DNA from: Eledone cirrhosa
Taxonomy: Eukaryota
DNA length: 64,000 nucleotides
Direction of reading: 5' to 3'
Assembly (NCBI GenBank): GCA_964016885.1
Contig: OZ024740.1
Location: forward strand, 355,136,001 to 355,200,000
This document shows positions 54,284 to 64,000 of the stretch, in pieces. How positions within the stretch are numbered: the first letter of the stretch is position 1; each line of letters starts with the position of its first letter. The translations under genes were made by a program, and so were the position numbers. The notes under the pieces are model-generated. The model ran no database searches. It was not told where the DNA came from and saw nothing but the letters and a program-made list of their open reading frames with translations.

Positions 54284-54355
54284 CTGGAATGAAATCAGAG
54301 GAATATAGGCGATGCTTTAAACCTCCAACTAGAATGAAATTACAAGCGAAATTAT

Positions 54356-54447
<92 letters not shown>

Positions 54448-54452
<5 letters not shown>

Positions 54453-54612
54453 ATGTTTGGGGAGGGTCATATTGTTATAATATTGCCAGAAGTAATAATA
54501 GAACACACTCACTGGCTGGTTTCGGTTAGTTTTCGCTTCTGTCTCTTTTATATCTCCATAGTTGATTTATTTGGCAATCAATGTTTATCATTGATTGACC
54601 AACGGTTAAAAA
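54448..54612 (-). mobile_element. Terminal fragment of the family E pLTR
   Basis: Homologous to 16078-16242. Confidence 0.7.
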
Positions 54613-54848
54613 TACACACACACATATATATATTCGGGTATATGTGTGTATGTATATATATATACATACACACATATACCCGCATGTACACATGCGCCCC
54701 ATATATATACGCACCCGTGCTTACATATGCACTCAAATGGACATAGTTTTTCACGTACACACATTCACACATGTATATCTATATCCACAAACATATACAC
54801 ACGTGCGCACAGATACCTATATACGCACACATGCATACACACACAAAT

Positions 54849-54881
<33 letters not shown>

Positions 54882-54908
54882 CCCACGCATTCACACGTAT
54901 ATGTTCAT

Positions 54909-54951
<43 letters not shown>

Positions 54952-55202
54952 CATGCACACACATGTCTACACCCACATATGTGTGCACACACGCGTGTGG
55001 ATGCATGCACACACACATACCCATCCACATATATATATATATACACACACACACATACGTCCACCTGGACATATGTACACCCAGGCGGACGTACATGCAC
55101 TTACGTACGCTCATATATGTGAATGAACTGTATAAAATTGTAAAAATATAAAAGTGTAAAAAATAAAATTATGCAAAAATATATAAAAAAATATATAAAA
55201 AA

Positions 55203-55389
55203 TAATTGTTTCCACTTTTGGCACAAGGCCAGCAAATACCCAGTGCGTTACTGGTACTTTATTTTATCGACTCCGTAAGGATGAAAGGCAAAGTTAACCT
55301 CGGCGGGATTTGAACTCAGATCGTAAAGGGCCGTAATTCTTTGCTGCAAAGCATTGCGTCCGGCCCTCTACCGATACTGCCAATCCACC
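55203..55389 (-). mobile_element. tRNA-derived SINE
   Basis: Reverse complement of the 1940-2133 family. Confidence 0.85.
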
Positions 55390-55444
55390 AAATTAATGAC
55401 TATAAACTGTGTGTGTGTGTATATATATATGTGTATATATATAG

Positions 55445-55488
<44 letters not shown>

Positions 55489-55628
55489 TTGTGAGTGTAT
55501 ATATATATATGCGTGTGTGTGCGTATTTATGTACACATGGGTAGCACGAAAATATATATATGCATGTGTGCGTGCGTGTGTGTGTGTATACACGCGCGTG
55601 TGTATATATATATATATACATATATATA

Positions 55629-55684
<56 letters not shown>

Positions 55685-56367
55685 CATGTGTGTGTGTGTG
55701 TGCACGTGTGTGTAGGTATGTAGCTGTATGTAAGTACACGCGTGTGTGTGTGTGTGTACACATATGTACATGTGTGGGTATATGCCTCTCCGTGCGTGCA
55801 TGTATATTTGTGTGACTGTGTACGTGTGGGTGTATATATAGATAAATGTATATGAATGTGTAGGTATATGCGAGAACGCAAGCACGCAGGCTCTATCTTT
55901 GTGTGCCTGCCCGCATGTGTGTGTGTGCGTTTGTATGGGAGTGTATGTAGGTACACATAGCAGTAATTTTGAGGATGGGACGAAGATGAGTGACAGCTCA
56001 CGACTAGATGGTGAGTGGGCAGATTTCAGTGGCCAGAACTGTGATGACTTCACAAACCAGTGACCAACCCAGAGGACGCGCGGACAGGATGAAGACAGAC
56101 GATATATACACGGAAGATCGGAACCTTTTAGAAAGAGAACCTTCTTTGTAACCAACAGACCTATCTGAGGATCTTGCGAATCCAGAGTCAGGTCCGATCC
56201 ACCAACATATCGCACCCCGAGCTGTTCGCCGGAGAAATATTTGTAATACGCAATAAATTGAGTTCCGATGCATAACTAATTCTTCGTTTTCCATCTTATC
56301 ATACTCTGCTCCGTAGGAGCATAGAGTACTCAATCGGCATACCGCCTATGGACGCATCTTAGCTACC

Positions 56368-56459
<92 letters not shown>

Positions 56460-56460
<1 letters not shown>

Positions 56461-57730
56461 ATTAATAAAAACAATGAATAAAAACAAAGAACAAGTTCCT
56501 TATATTAAAAAATTCATCATTTTACGATCGTTTCTAGGATATATATGTGTGTTGGTATGTATATCATATAGATCTATGTAAAAATATTACAAACTATCAG
56601 AGGAAATATACATACCTTCACATATATATGCTGTCTTCAGGAATAATGAGATTTGTTTATTGAAAAAAAAACCAACAAAGATTTTATATAAAAGGTCTGC
56701 TTGGGAACAGGTTTTGAATTGACCAATAGAAAAGTAGTAAGAGGTCAAGTTGATAGAATAGTAGTAGTAGAGATTTAATTTAGGGGTAGAGGAATGCAGA
56801 CTTATGTTTTGAATGGAAAGAATACTTTGAATGAAAAGAATACTTTGGGGATGAAAAGAGGTCAAGCCGGTGAGGGGTACACGAAAATTTGATGTTATTA
56901 AAGAATAATGTTAAAAACGAAGGAGAGTAAAATTTTAGGGTAAAGATATTAGTGAGAAATACCAATCTTATTTAAAACACAAGGAATTTAGATCTATAAC
57001 AAGAAATTAAATTAATTGATAGGTATATTTATAGGGATAAATTTATATTAATTCATATGGATGTGATAAATAAGAATTAGATGTTATTAAAGAATGTTAT
57101 TAAAAACGAAGGGAAATAAAATTTTGGGATAAGTGTAGTAGTGAGAAATACCAATCTTATATAGACTAGAAGGAATCTAGATTCATAACAGGAAATTAAA
57201 TTAATTTATATGTATACTTTTATATATTAATTTTAGGAAAAGAGAGCTGTAAGAGGGAAATAAAATTATGAAGTTCTCTGTAGTAAAGTACTAATTATAG
57301 GTTAACTAAATTAAAAAAAATAATTATAATAATATGTAAAATATAAGTGTAAGGTGTATATTAATTAGGTTTATAATATTTGAAAGTTCTTCTAATTCTA
57401 TGATTGCAAGATATAATGCATTCTTGTCGCTTATTTAATAGATTTCATTATTTCAAAAAGTTCCTGGGAGCATAATCTACACTCATATCTGTTATTTTGA
57501 TAAGGGGTGGCCCTTTTGAGCACATTCCAGGTCAGGTTGTTATCGATATTCTTTTTTCTATAATTATTAATTGTTTCAGCCAAGGATGTTGTATTAGCTA
57601 ATGCGGCATTTTTAAAACTATGTTTGTGGGTATTAAATCTTACTTTAAATTGGTTAGACGTAGCTCTTATATATGAATAAGTTAAGTCCTTAGTGCTAAT
57701 TTTACATTTATATACTATGTTATTAATTAT
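56460..57730 (-). mobile_element. Naiad-like PLE 3' fragment (GIY-YIG + pLTR with HHR)
   Basis: NIVYKCKI...YI.ATSNQFKVRFNTHKHSF...TTSL...W.VL....Y...CRLC, homologous to the 11930-12300 endonuclease. HHR at 56515-56648. Confidence 0.85.
56515..56648 (-). ncRNA. Hammerhead ribozyme with a long stem II (family H)
   Basis: CATTATTC-CTGAAGA-[ATATATATGTG..GGTATGTATAT / ATATACATACC..CACATATATAT]-GAAAC-GATC-GTA-AAATGATG. Palindromic stem III (ACGATCGT) and one C-A mismatch next to the core. Confidence 0.72.
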
Positions 57731-57755
57731 ATATATATATGTGTGTGTGTGTATA

Positions 57756-57934
57756 AGACCCAAACAGAGGGTACCATGAAAAAAAAGTGCCCCAAAACGT
57801 CCGACGGGGAGATCTCCCACCCAATGTCTTCTCTTGTGAAAATAGGTATAGCTTTCATTATGTAAAATCTCCCCATTTTGCCTCATTTGAAATTTGGGGC
57901 ACTTGTTTTTTCATGGTACCCTCTGTTTGGGTCT
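57756..57934. mobile_element. MITE with ~40-bp TIRs, TA flanks
   Basis: AGACCCAAACAGAGGGTACCATGAAAAAA..GTGCCCCAAA and its reverse complement. Partial copy at 59808-59967. Confidence 0.8.
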
Positions 57935-57948
57935 TATACACACACACA

Positions 57949-58010
<62 letters not shown>

Positions 58011-58190
58011 GGGTTCAATCGGGGGTAACCGCAGTAAGTAAGGTACTCAATACATAGAGTATAAATATTTAATATAGAAATAGCTTCTACAGGACTAGAA
58101 CTATTTCATTCGAAGGAAATCATCGTCGCTTTCCTGATGATTTCCTTCGAATGAAACAGTTCTAGTTCTGTAGAAACCAATTCTATATTG

Positions 58191-58262
<72 letters not shown>

Positions 58263-58265
<3 letters not shown>

Positions 58266-58339
58266 GGTGTCCCTAAAAATGTATACACATTTCAAAAGCA
58301 TTCTAATAAATACATGTATGCATTTTTTGGGACACCCTG
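58263..58339. mobile_element. 77-bp Tc1/mariner-type MITE
   Basis: TA-CAGGGTGTCCC...GGGACACCCTG-TA. Confidence 0.85.
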
Positions 58340-58341
58340 TA

Positions 58342-58385
<44 letters not shown>

Positions 58386-58841
58386 CGTGCGTTTGTGTGT
58401 GTTGAACATTTCCGCTGCCAAAAGAATATGTATCGTGAAACAGAGACATAAGGTAGGGGGGGGGGGACAACAATGCCAGGTTCAACGACACACCTATCGG
58501 AACGACCAATACTTCAACAGATTCCGATCTTAGGCTTGTCAGGCAACGAAACCGGGGGAAAGTGTCTTCAATTCCATCACGAACACGAGAACCGCCCAAG
58601 TACTGGACAACATGCACCCAGTACAGTCTGTAAAGGGCTGGAACATACGTAAATGAGATGCGGAGCCACCATCTCCTCTGAGAGGTCGGACGTAGTTTGT
58701 GATAACCCAGACGTTAAATGATGACGCTGATATACACTAGCGCGCGCACACACACACACCAACCAACCAACCTTCCTACCCATACAATTTTGAAAACTAG
58801 AATAGTTAGTAGGAGAATAATCAAATGACGTTTTCACCCAC

Positions 58842-58963
58842 CTTTCCAGGCTGATAACACACATAGTAATAATAGACGAGACGAAGGTAAAATCTCGTAC
58901 GTAGTACATTAGTTTACAGGTGACAGCTTCCAAATTGTTGACAGCTTTCAATGTTTCAGCAAG
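58842..58963 (-). CDS. GPCR exon C: ECL1 + TM3
   Basis: Acceptor tttctattcAG, donor GTGGGT. Translates LAETLKAVNNLEAVTCKLMYYVRDFTFVSSIITMCVISLE(R), with the conserved TM3 Cys. Ends in phase 2 inside the R of the ERY motif. Confidence 0.9.
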
Positions 58964-59529
58964 CTGAATAGAAATCGGAACGGAACATTATCAGTAAAAA
59001 CTGGAAGGCGGTAAATCGGAAAAGTATTTAAGACGTCGGATTAAAAATGCCTCGATATTTGGTCCCGGTTTACTATGCTCAGAATTCAAATCCCACAGAT
59101 GGAAAATTTACCTTTTATCTTTTCGAGATCGATAAATAAGATACATTACTAAGAAATTTTTCTTCATTTCATTTCTTTCCTTTTCGCACCTCCTCTCTCC
59201 CCTCTCTTTCACTTTCTCCGGAAAAAAATCACCAGGTTTTAAAATGTCCAAGACATGACTTGTGTCAGTACGACTTTCCTGCGACTCCATAAGAAGTTAA
59301 GAGCCCTTTACCTTATTTACTTACTACAGGGCAGTTTAACGGGATTGTGGGTTACAGAATCAGTATTACATTCGATAAAGTGTGTTTTTGCTGTGTTTAG
59401 TTTCGTCCCTTTACGTTCATAACCACAACCCATCATTATTGACCGTTTTTCCTTTTTCCATGGACGATAAACTAAGTACCAGTTAACTACTAGGACCAAT
59501 TGAATTATCTGCATCTTTATACTATGGAC

Positions 59530-59790
59530 GCAGCATGTACGAATGATTTAGAAGTTCGCTTTGCAATCATTAAGTCTCGGGTTCCATCCTACTGCGTGAT
59601 ATCTTGGGAAAATGTCATTTACCATAACTTCGAGTTAACCCAAGCCTTATAAATGAAACTGGGTAGATGGAAACTGTTCGGAAACCCATCGGAAAGATTG
59701 TATCTGTAATTCAAATGGCCAGTATTGTCGCACACTGTGTCACAGAATCTTTCTGAGAATTACATTAAGAGTGCACGTGTCTATAGAATC
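59530..59790 (+). mobile_element. Degenerate SINE of a second family
   Basis: tRNA-like head (GGGTTCCATCCTACT) followed by a SINE-like body. Confidence 0.45.
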
Positions 59791-60433
59791 AGACCTGTCA
59801 ACTCTCCCCGTCCGATGGGGTGATCTCCCACCCACTTTGGGGTGGATGAGAGATGTCTTTCTCTTGTGAAAATGGGTATAACTTTCATTATATAAAATCC
59901 TTCCATTTTTCCCAATTTCTCCTCGTTTTAGGGCACTTACTTTCGTGGTACTCCCCGTTTGGGTCTTTAGAGCTTGGCAGGTCTGATAGAATGCTCAGCT
60001 ACTTAGTCCTTAATCTCAGAAGCACACTGTTTCAATGTTCAAATAACTGGAACACTCATTGTCGAAACTGACAGAAGTTTATTTATATGCTGATCATTTA
60101 TGTAATCATATCCTGGAAAAAGATTATCATTCTTATCTTTTCAACATAATTATAGGGTTTCTCTTATGAAAAGCATTATGAAACAACATCTTTATACTGT
60201 ACCAATGTTAAAATTCACAATAGAATAAGTGATGCATATTTAAGAGCGCAGATAAGCGAATGGGGAACTTGGGTTGCTGACAATGAGTCGAGAGACCAGC
60301 AGTTCGCATCTTGAAACCAACGTTAAAATTAAGCGGATTCGTTATAAATAAAAACTTAAACCACACTGAAGTTCCGCCACAGAGGCGTTACCATACCTCA
60401 CCTAGAATATTGATTATTATTATTTATATATAT

Positions 60434-61495
60434 AGGGCGATGGATTGGCAGTATCGATAGAGGGTCGGACGCCATGCTTTGACGCGTAGAGTTACGGCCC
60501 TTGCCATTCTGAGTTCAAATCCCGCCGAGGTTAACTTTGCCTTTCATCCTTACGGGGGTCGATAAAATAAAGTACCAGTAATGTACTGGGTAATTGCTGG
60601 CCTTGTGCCAAAAGTAGAAACAATTACTATTTATATTGACAGTCATTAGAGCGTCACACAAGTGCTTAGTGCAATTTGTTCCGGCTCTTTAGTTCAAACT
60701 CCGCTGAGGTTAGCTCTGTCTTTCATCCTTACAGGATCGATAAAATAAAGTACCAGTAACGCACTGGGGTCAATTTAATCGACTTTCCCCTCCCCTAAAT
60801 GTGTTGGCCTTGTTCCTAAATCAGAAATAATTATTTAGATTGGTAGGTTTATTAGAGAGCCGGACTAGTGCTTAGTAGTATTTGTTCCAGCATTTTACGT
60901 TCTGAGTTCAAATCCCGTCCAGGACTACTTTACCTTCCATTCTTCCGGGAGACAATAAAATAAAGTACCAATAAAGAACTGGATCGACATAATCGGCGTG
61001 TCCCTCCCCTTAAATTGCTGGCCTTGTGCCTAGTGTAGAATTGGTTACTATTTAGAGTGGTAGGATGGCGAGCTGTTAGAGCGTTGGGCAGAATGTTTAG
61101 CAGTATTCTTTACGTTCTGAGTTCAAATCCCCTCTGAGGTCAAATTTGCCTTTCATCCTTTTGAGGTCAATAAAATAAAGTACCAGTTCAGTACTGGGTC
61201 GACATAATCGATTTTCGCTTCCCCTAAATTATTGGCTTTGTGCTAAAAATAGAAATCATTATTGTTTAGCATGGTTGACTTGCAAAATCATTAACGCGTA
61301 AATGAAAATGTTTGTGGCATTTGTTTCGGCTCTTTAATTCTAAAGTTTAAATCACGCCGAAGTCATATTTAATTTCCTGCTTTCCGGATTCTATAAAATA
61401 AAAAAACTAGTAAAGTACTGGTGTCGAAATAATCAACTTTCACTTCCCCTCAAATTTGTTGACCTTAAACTTAAATTAAAGATTTATATTATTTA
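60434..61495 (+). mobile_element. Head-to-tail array of 5 SINE copies
   Basis: The ~200-215-bp unit (GTTCAAA..GAGGT..TTTCATCC..ATAAAATAAAGTACCAG..GGCCTTGT..AGAAA) recurs at ~60434, 60640, 60840, 61055 and 61270, with divergence increasing along the array. Confidence 0.8.
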
Positions 61496-61993
61496 GCTGT
61501 AAGTGTATGTCGAAAGCAAGGGAGTTGAGTCGAATGAATCAACTTAGCACATTCTTAAATGTATTTGTTTTATTGACGAGAGGTAAAATCGCCCTAACAA
61601 GATTTGAACTAAAAATAAAGAGAGAAGAAATTCAATATGGCAATACATTTAGTTGAATGTTCTTCCTACGGCGCCACATCTATCATTCGTTTTACTTATA
61701 TTGTCTCAACACACAGTGATCTTCTGTTGTTGCCGACTACACTATCATAGCAATAGTCAATAGTAGTAACTTCCAATCTTTTTACTAACAAGAGAGTGAA
61801 TTTTTCCACAGATTCTTCCTTACAATTACTCTTTTCCTAGATTGTTATAGACTGAGAATAAGACTCGAAGGGGAGAAAGGGAAACATAATAGAGTATGTA
61901 TATTATATTTTTTACAAAGTTTTGAATTTAGCTCAAGAACTCCAGCTTGAGAACCGCTGGTATATAAAATAAACAACCAATGTAAAAATTTAC

Positions 61994-62115
61994 CTTTAGA
62001 GGGATACAAACCAACACCAAAACGAGGTCAGCGGATGTCAAACTTAAAATGAAATATATTGTTGGTGTTTTTGATTTCACCCAAATAATAAGACCCAAAA
62101 TAGTCGCCATATTAC
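61994..62115 (-). CDS. GPCR exon B: end of TM1, ICL1, TM2
   Basis: Acceptor ttattgacAG, donor GTAAAT. Translates (G)NMATILGLIIWVKSKTPTIYFILSLTSADLVLVLVCIPLK, containing class A GN and LxxAD motifs. 122 nt, phases match the neighbouring exons. Confidence 0.9.
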
Positions 62116-62398
62116 CTGTCAATAAGAAGAATTGATTATTAAAATATTTATATTGTTGATAATATCAATATTCATAAAAAGAATCTAGGAACTTACAGAT
62201 ATGTTTGGCCGCGCTCAAGGAAATGGTTATAAAAGCACCTTAATGTTTTAGAGGCTAGTACTTAGATAGAAGATAGAAAAAAGTAGAAAAAAGATGTTTG
62301 AGAGAGAGAGAGAGAGAGAGAGAAGCAAAAGGAAGACATTCGAGACTATAGAAACAGGAGAAGGGTAGAAAGGAGAAAAGCACTCGTTGTTAGCTATC

Positions 62399-62454
<56 letters not shown>

Positions 62455-62580
62455 CTAACGAAGCATTGGGAAAATTTGAAATGGTTGCATTCCAAAGCAA
62501 ATGACCACAATAATAGTCGGTGACTATAATATTTGAAAACATTTGGTAGAGTACCTATAGAGAAAAGAACGTGGACAGGT

Positions 62581-62645
62581 GCGTCTGTGAGGAATCGAAA
62601 CCTATATCTCTCGGACGCCGGCCGAGTGCATTTACCATTATGTAG
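62581..62645 (-). other. tRNA-like sequence (SINE head or pseudo-tRNA)
   Basis: The minus strand reads CATAATGGTAAATGCA-CTCGG ccggcgt CCGAG-AGATATAGG-TTTCGATTCCT. No proper acceptor stem. Flanked by direct repeats CATTGGGAAAATTTGAAATG (62464, 62704). Confidence 0.5.
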
Positions 62646-62754
62646 TTTTAGAATATTTTAAGCCTGTAACTAATAGTGTAATTAAAGCGGTTGATTTAGG
62701 AGCCATTGGGAAAATTTGAAATGTGTGCATCCTGCCATATAATAGCCAATCACT

Positions 62755-63060
62755 ATAAATAAAAGACCCCTTCAGTCATGAATGACCATGTGTTTCGCAC
62801 CTAGAAAGTTCCCTTCAGAGGCCTAAGCTCGGGTAATGTGTTTTTGTGGAAGACAAGCAGTCGCCCATGCATACCAGCCCCTTCTCTCCACACCACCGAT
62901 ATTGTCCAACGGAAAGGCAAAGGCAGATACAGCTAGGCTGCTAATGACGTCGTAACTAATCTCTACAGCTGAGTAAACTGAGGCAGCGTTAAACAAAGCG
63001 TCTTGCTCAAGGACACAACACATCACCCGGTCTGTTAATCAAACTCGCAACCTCACAGTT
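62755..63060 (-). mobile_element. SINE (third family) with a conserved central domain
   Basis: The minus strand has GTGTTGTGTCCTTGAGCAAGAC after a degenerate B-box. The 3' part resembles LINE-derived tails. Confidence 0.65.
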
Positions 63061-63171
63061 GTTCTACACCAAGAAGACGAGGTTATCAATTATGCTTCTT
63101 ACGGAATTTCATTTTTAATGGAATTTCATACTGAAAATGTCACTTAGATAAAAATTCAATCCAGAACTTAC

Positions 63172-63621
63172 CTATGAAACCAATTAGCAATAGGAAAGAA
63201 TATGAGCACATAGTGATAAGAAATTTCACGATATTATGTGGAGCTAATGGGTTCCCATATTCTTCTGTTAACTTCTTTATGTGCTCCATATTAGGGTTTT
63301 CAAAATTACAAGTACCATAACATTTGCAGACTACTTCTTTTAAATACTCAAACGAATATTTATAATCAAAGTTCCAGTTATTATATTCTTCGACAACCTT
63401 ACATATTTCAGACAAGGGGTTGATGTGTGAGGTGCTGTTTTCTTCTGTTGTTGCCACGTCTGATGCCGGATTTATAAAGGTGATTGTAGATGAAATATTT
63501 ATACTCTTGTTGCTGTTGTTGACAAGAAAGAAATTGAATTGTTCCGTTAATTTCTGAGATGATATCTCATATTCACTTCGGGTTGAATTTTCAAAAAGTA
63601 TTCTTTGGTCAGTATTGTTTA
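63172..63621 (-). CDS. GPCR exon A: glycosylated extracellular N-terminus + most of TM1 (upstream exon/start codon not identified)
   Basis: Acceptor ttttttccAG, then an open frame (V)NNTDQRILFENSTRSEY...VATTEENSTSH...CKCYGTC...FLITMCSYSFLLLIGFI-G, then donor GTAAGT. 450 nt, phase 1-1, several N-x-S/T sequons. Joins the next exon to give TM1 'LIGFIGN'. Confidence 0.8.
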
Positions 63622-64000
63622 CTGGAAAAAAACCAAAAAAACAGAAAATTAAAATGACTTGACAATAGTCAGTCTACATTGTATACTTATAAAAATATGT
63701 ATAGTTACAAACTCTAATCCAAATATTGGTTTATTATTTCTGGCCCAGCCTCTTTCAATAATGATTCAGGAATGTTATGGTGCTAAAATATGACATACGG
63801 TGTGTTTTGGTCACTTTAAACTTGGTGAGGCCGATCTCCTCTACAGGTCTGAACACATCCGATTTCTTTCAGATAAGAGAGTGATAGAGAAGAAGTAAGA
63901 AAACGATAGAGGAAAAAAATCTACCATAGTACAATACTGGTACTTTTTTTTATCGAACTTGAAATGATGAAAAACTAAGTTTACCAGGGTCAGTTTTGAA

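Noticed and set aside
56004-56333. ORF as an additional GPCR exon (also 53921-54100, 47084-47311, 48920-49243)
   Set aside because: No class A GPCR motifs are present. Exons C and D already join in phase without it.
62581-62645. Functional tRNA gene
   Set aside because: There is no acceptor stem and the T-loop is irregular. It is more consistent with a SINE head.

Overview
Eukaryotic, very AT-rich animal DNA. The SINE and retroelement repertoire looks molluscan/cephalopod (Octopus-like), which is an inference. Roughly 45% of the window is interrupted (TA)n microsatellite, and there is a 200-N gap at 34169-34368. The only host gene I can support is a minus-strand rhodopsin-family (peptide-type) GPCR. 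Four in-phase GT-AG exons cover its N-terminus to TM4 (63621->54160). I found no TM5-TM7 exons, so most of the window may be one very large intron. The (TA)n tracts are packed with retroelements: four decayed Penelope-like element (PLE) families (RT and/or GIY-YIG), two CR1-group LINEs, RTE LINE pieces (one with a twin-priming-type inversion), a solo LTR, Helitron-like units, MITEs and tRNA-derived SINEs. The main result is about 15 hand-foldable type-I hammerhead ribozyme (HHR) motifs from about 8 sequence families. They sit in PLE pseudo-LTRs and in short non-coding 0.3-0.9 kb elements. Several of these share an 'inverted arm + tandem unit' architecture and insert into (TA)n, i.e. a retrozyme-like non-autonomous PLE system. 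Compensatory base changes between copies support the RNA structure. Nearly all IY/YI-repeat ORFs in the ORF track are microsatellite artefacts.
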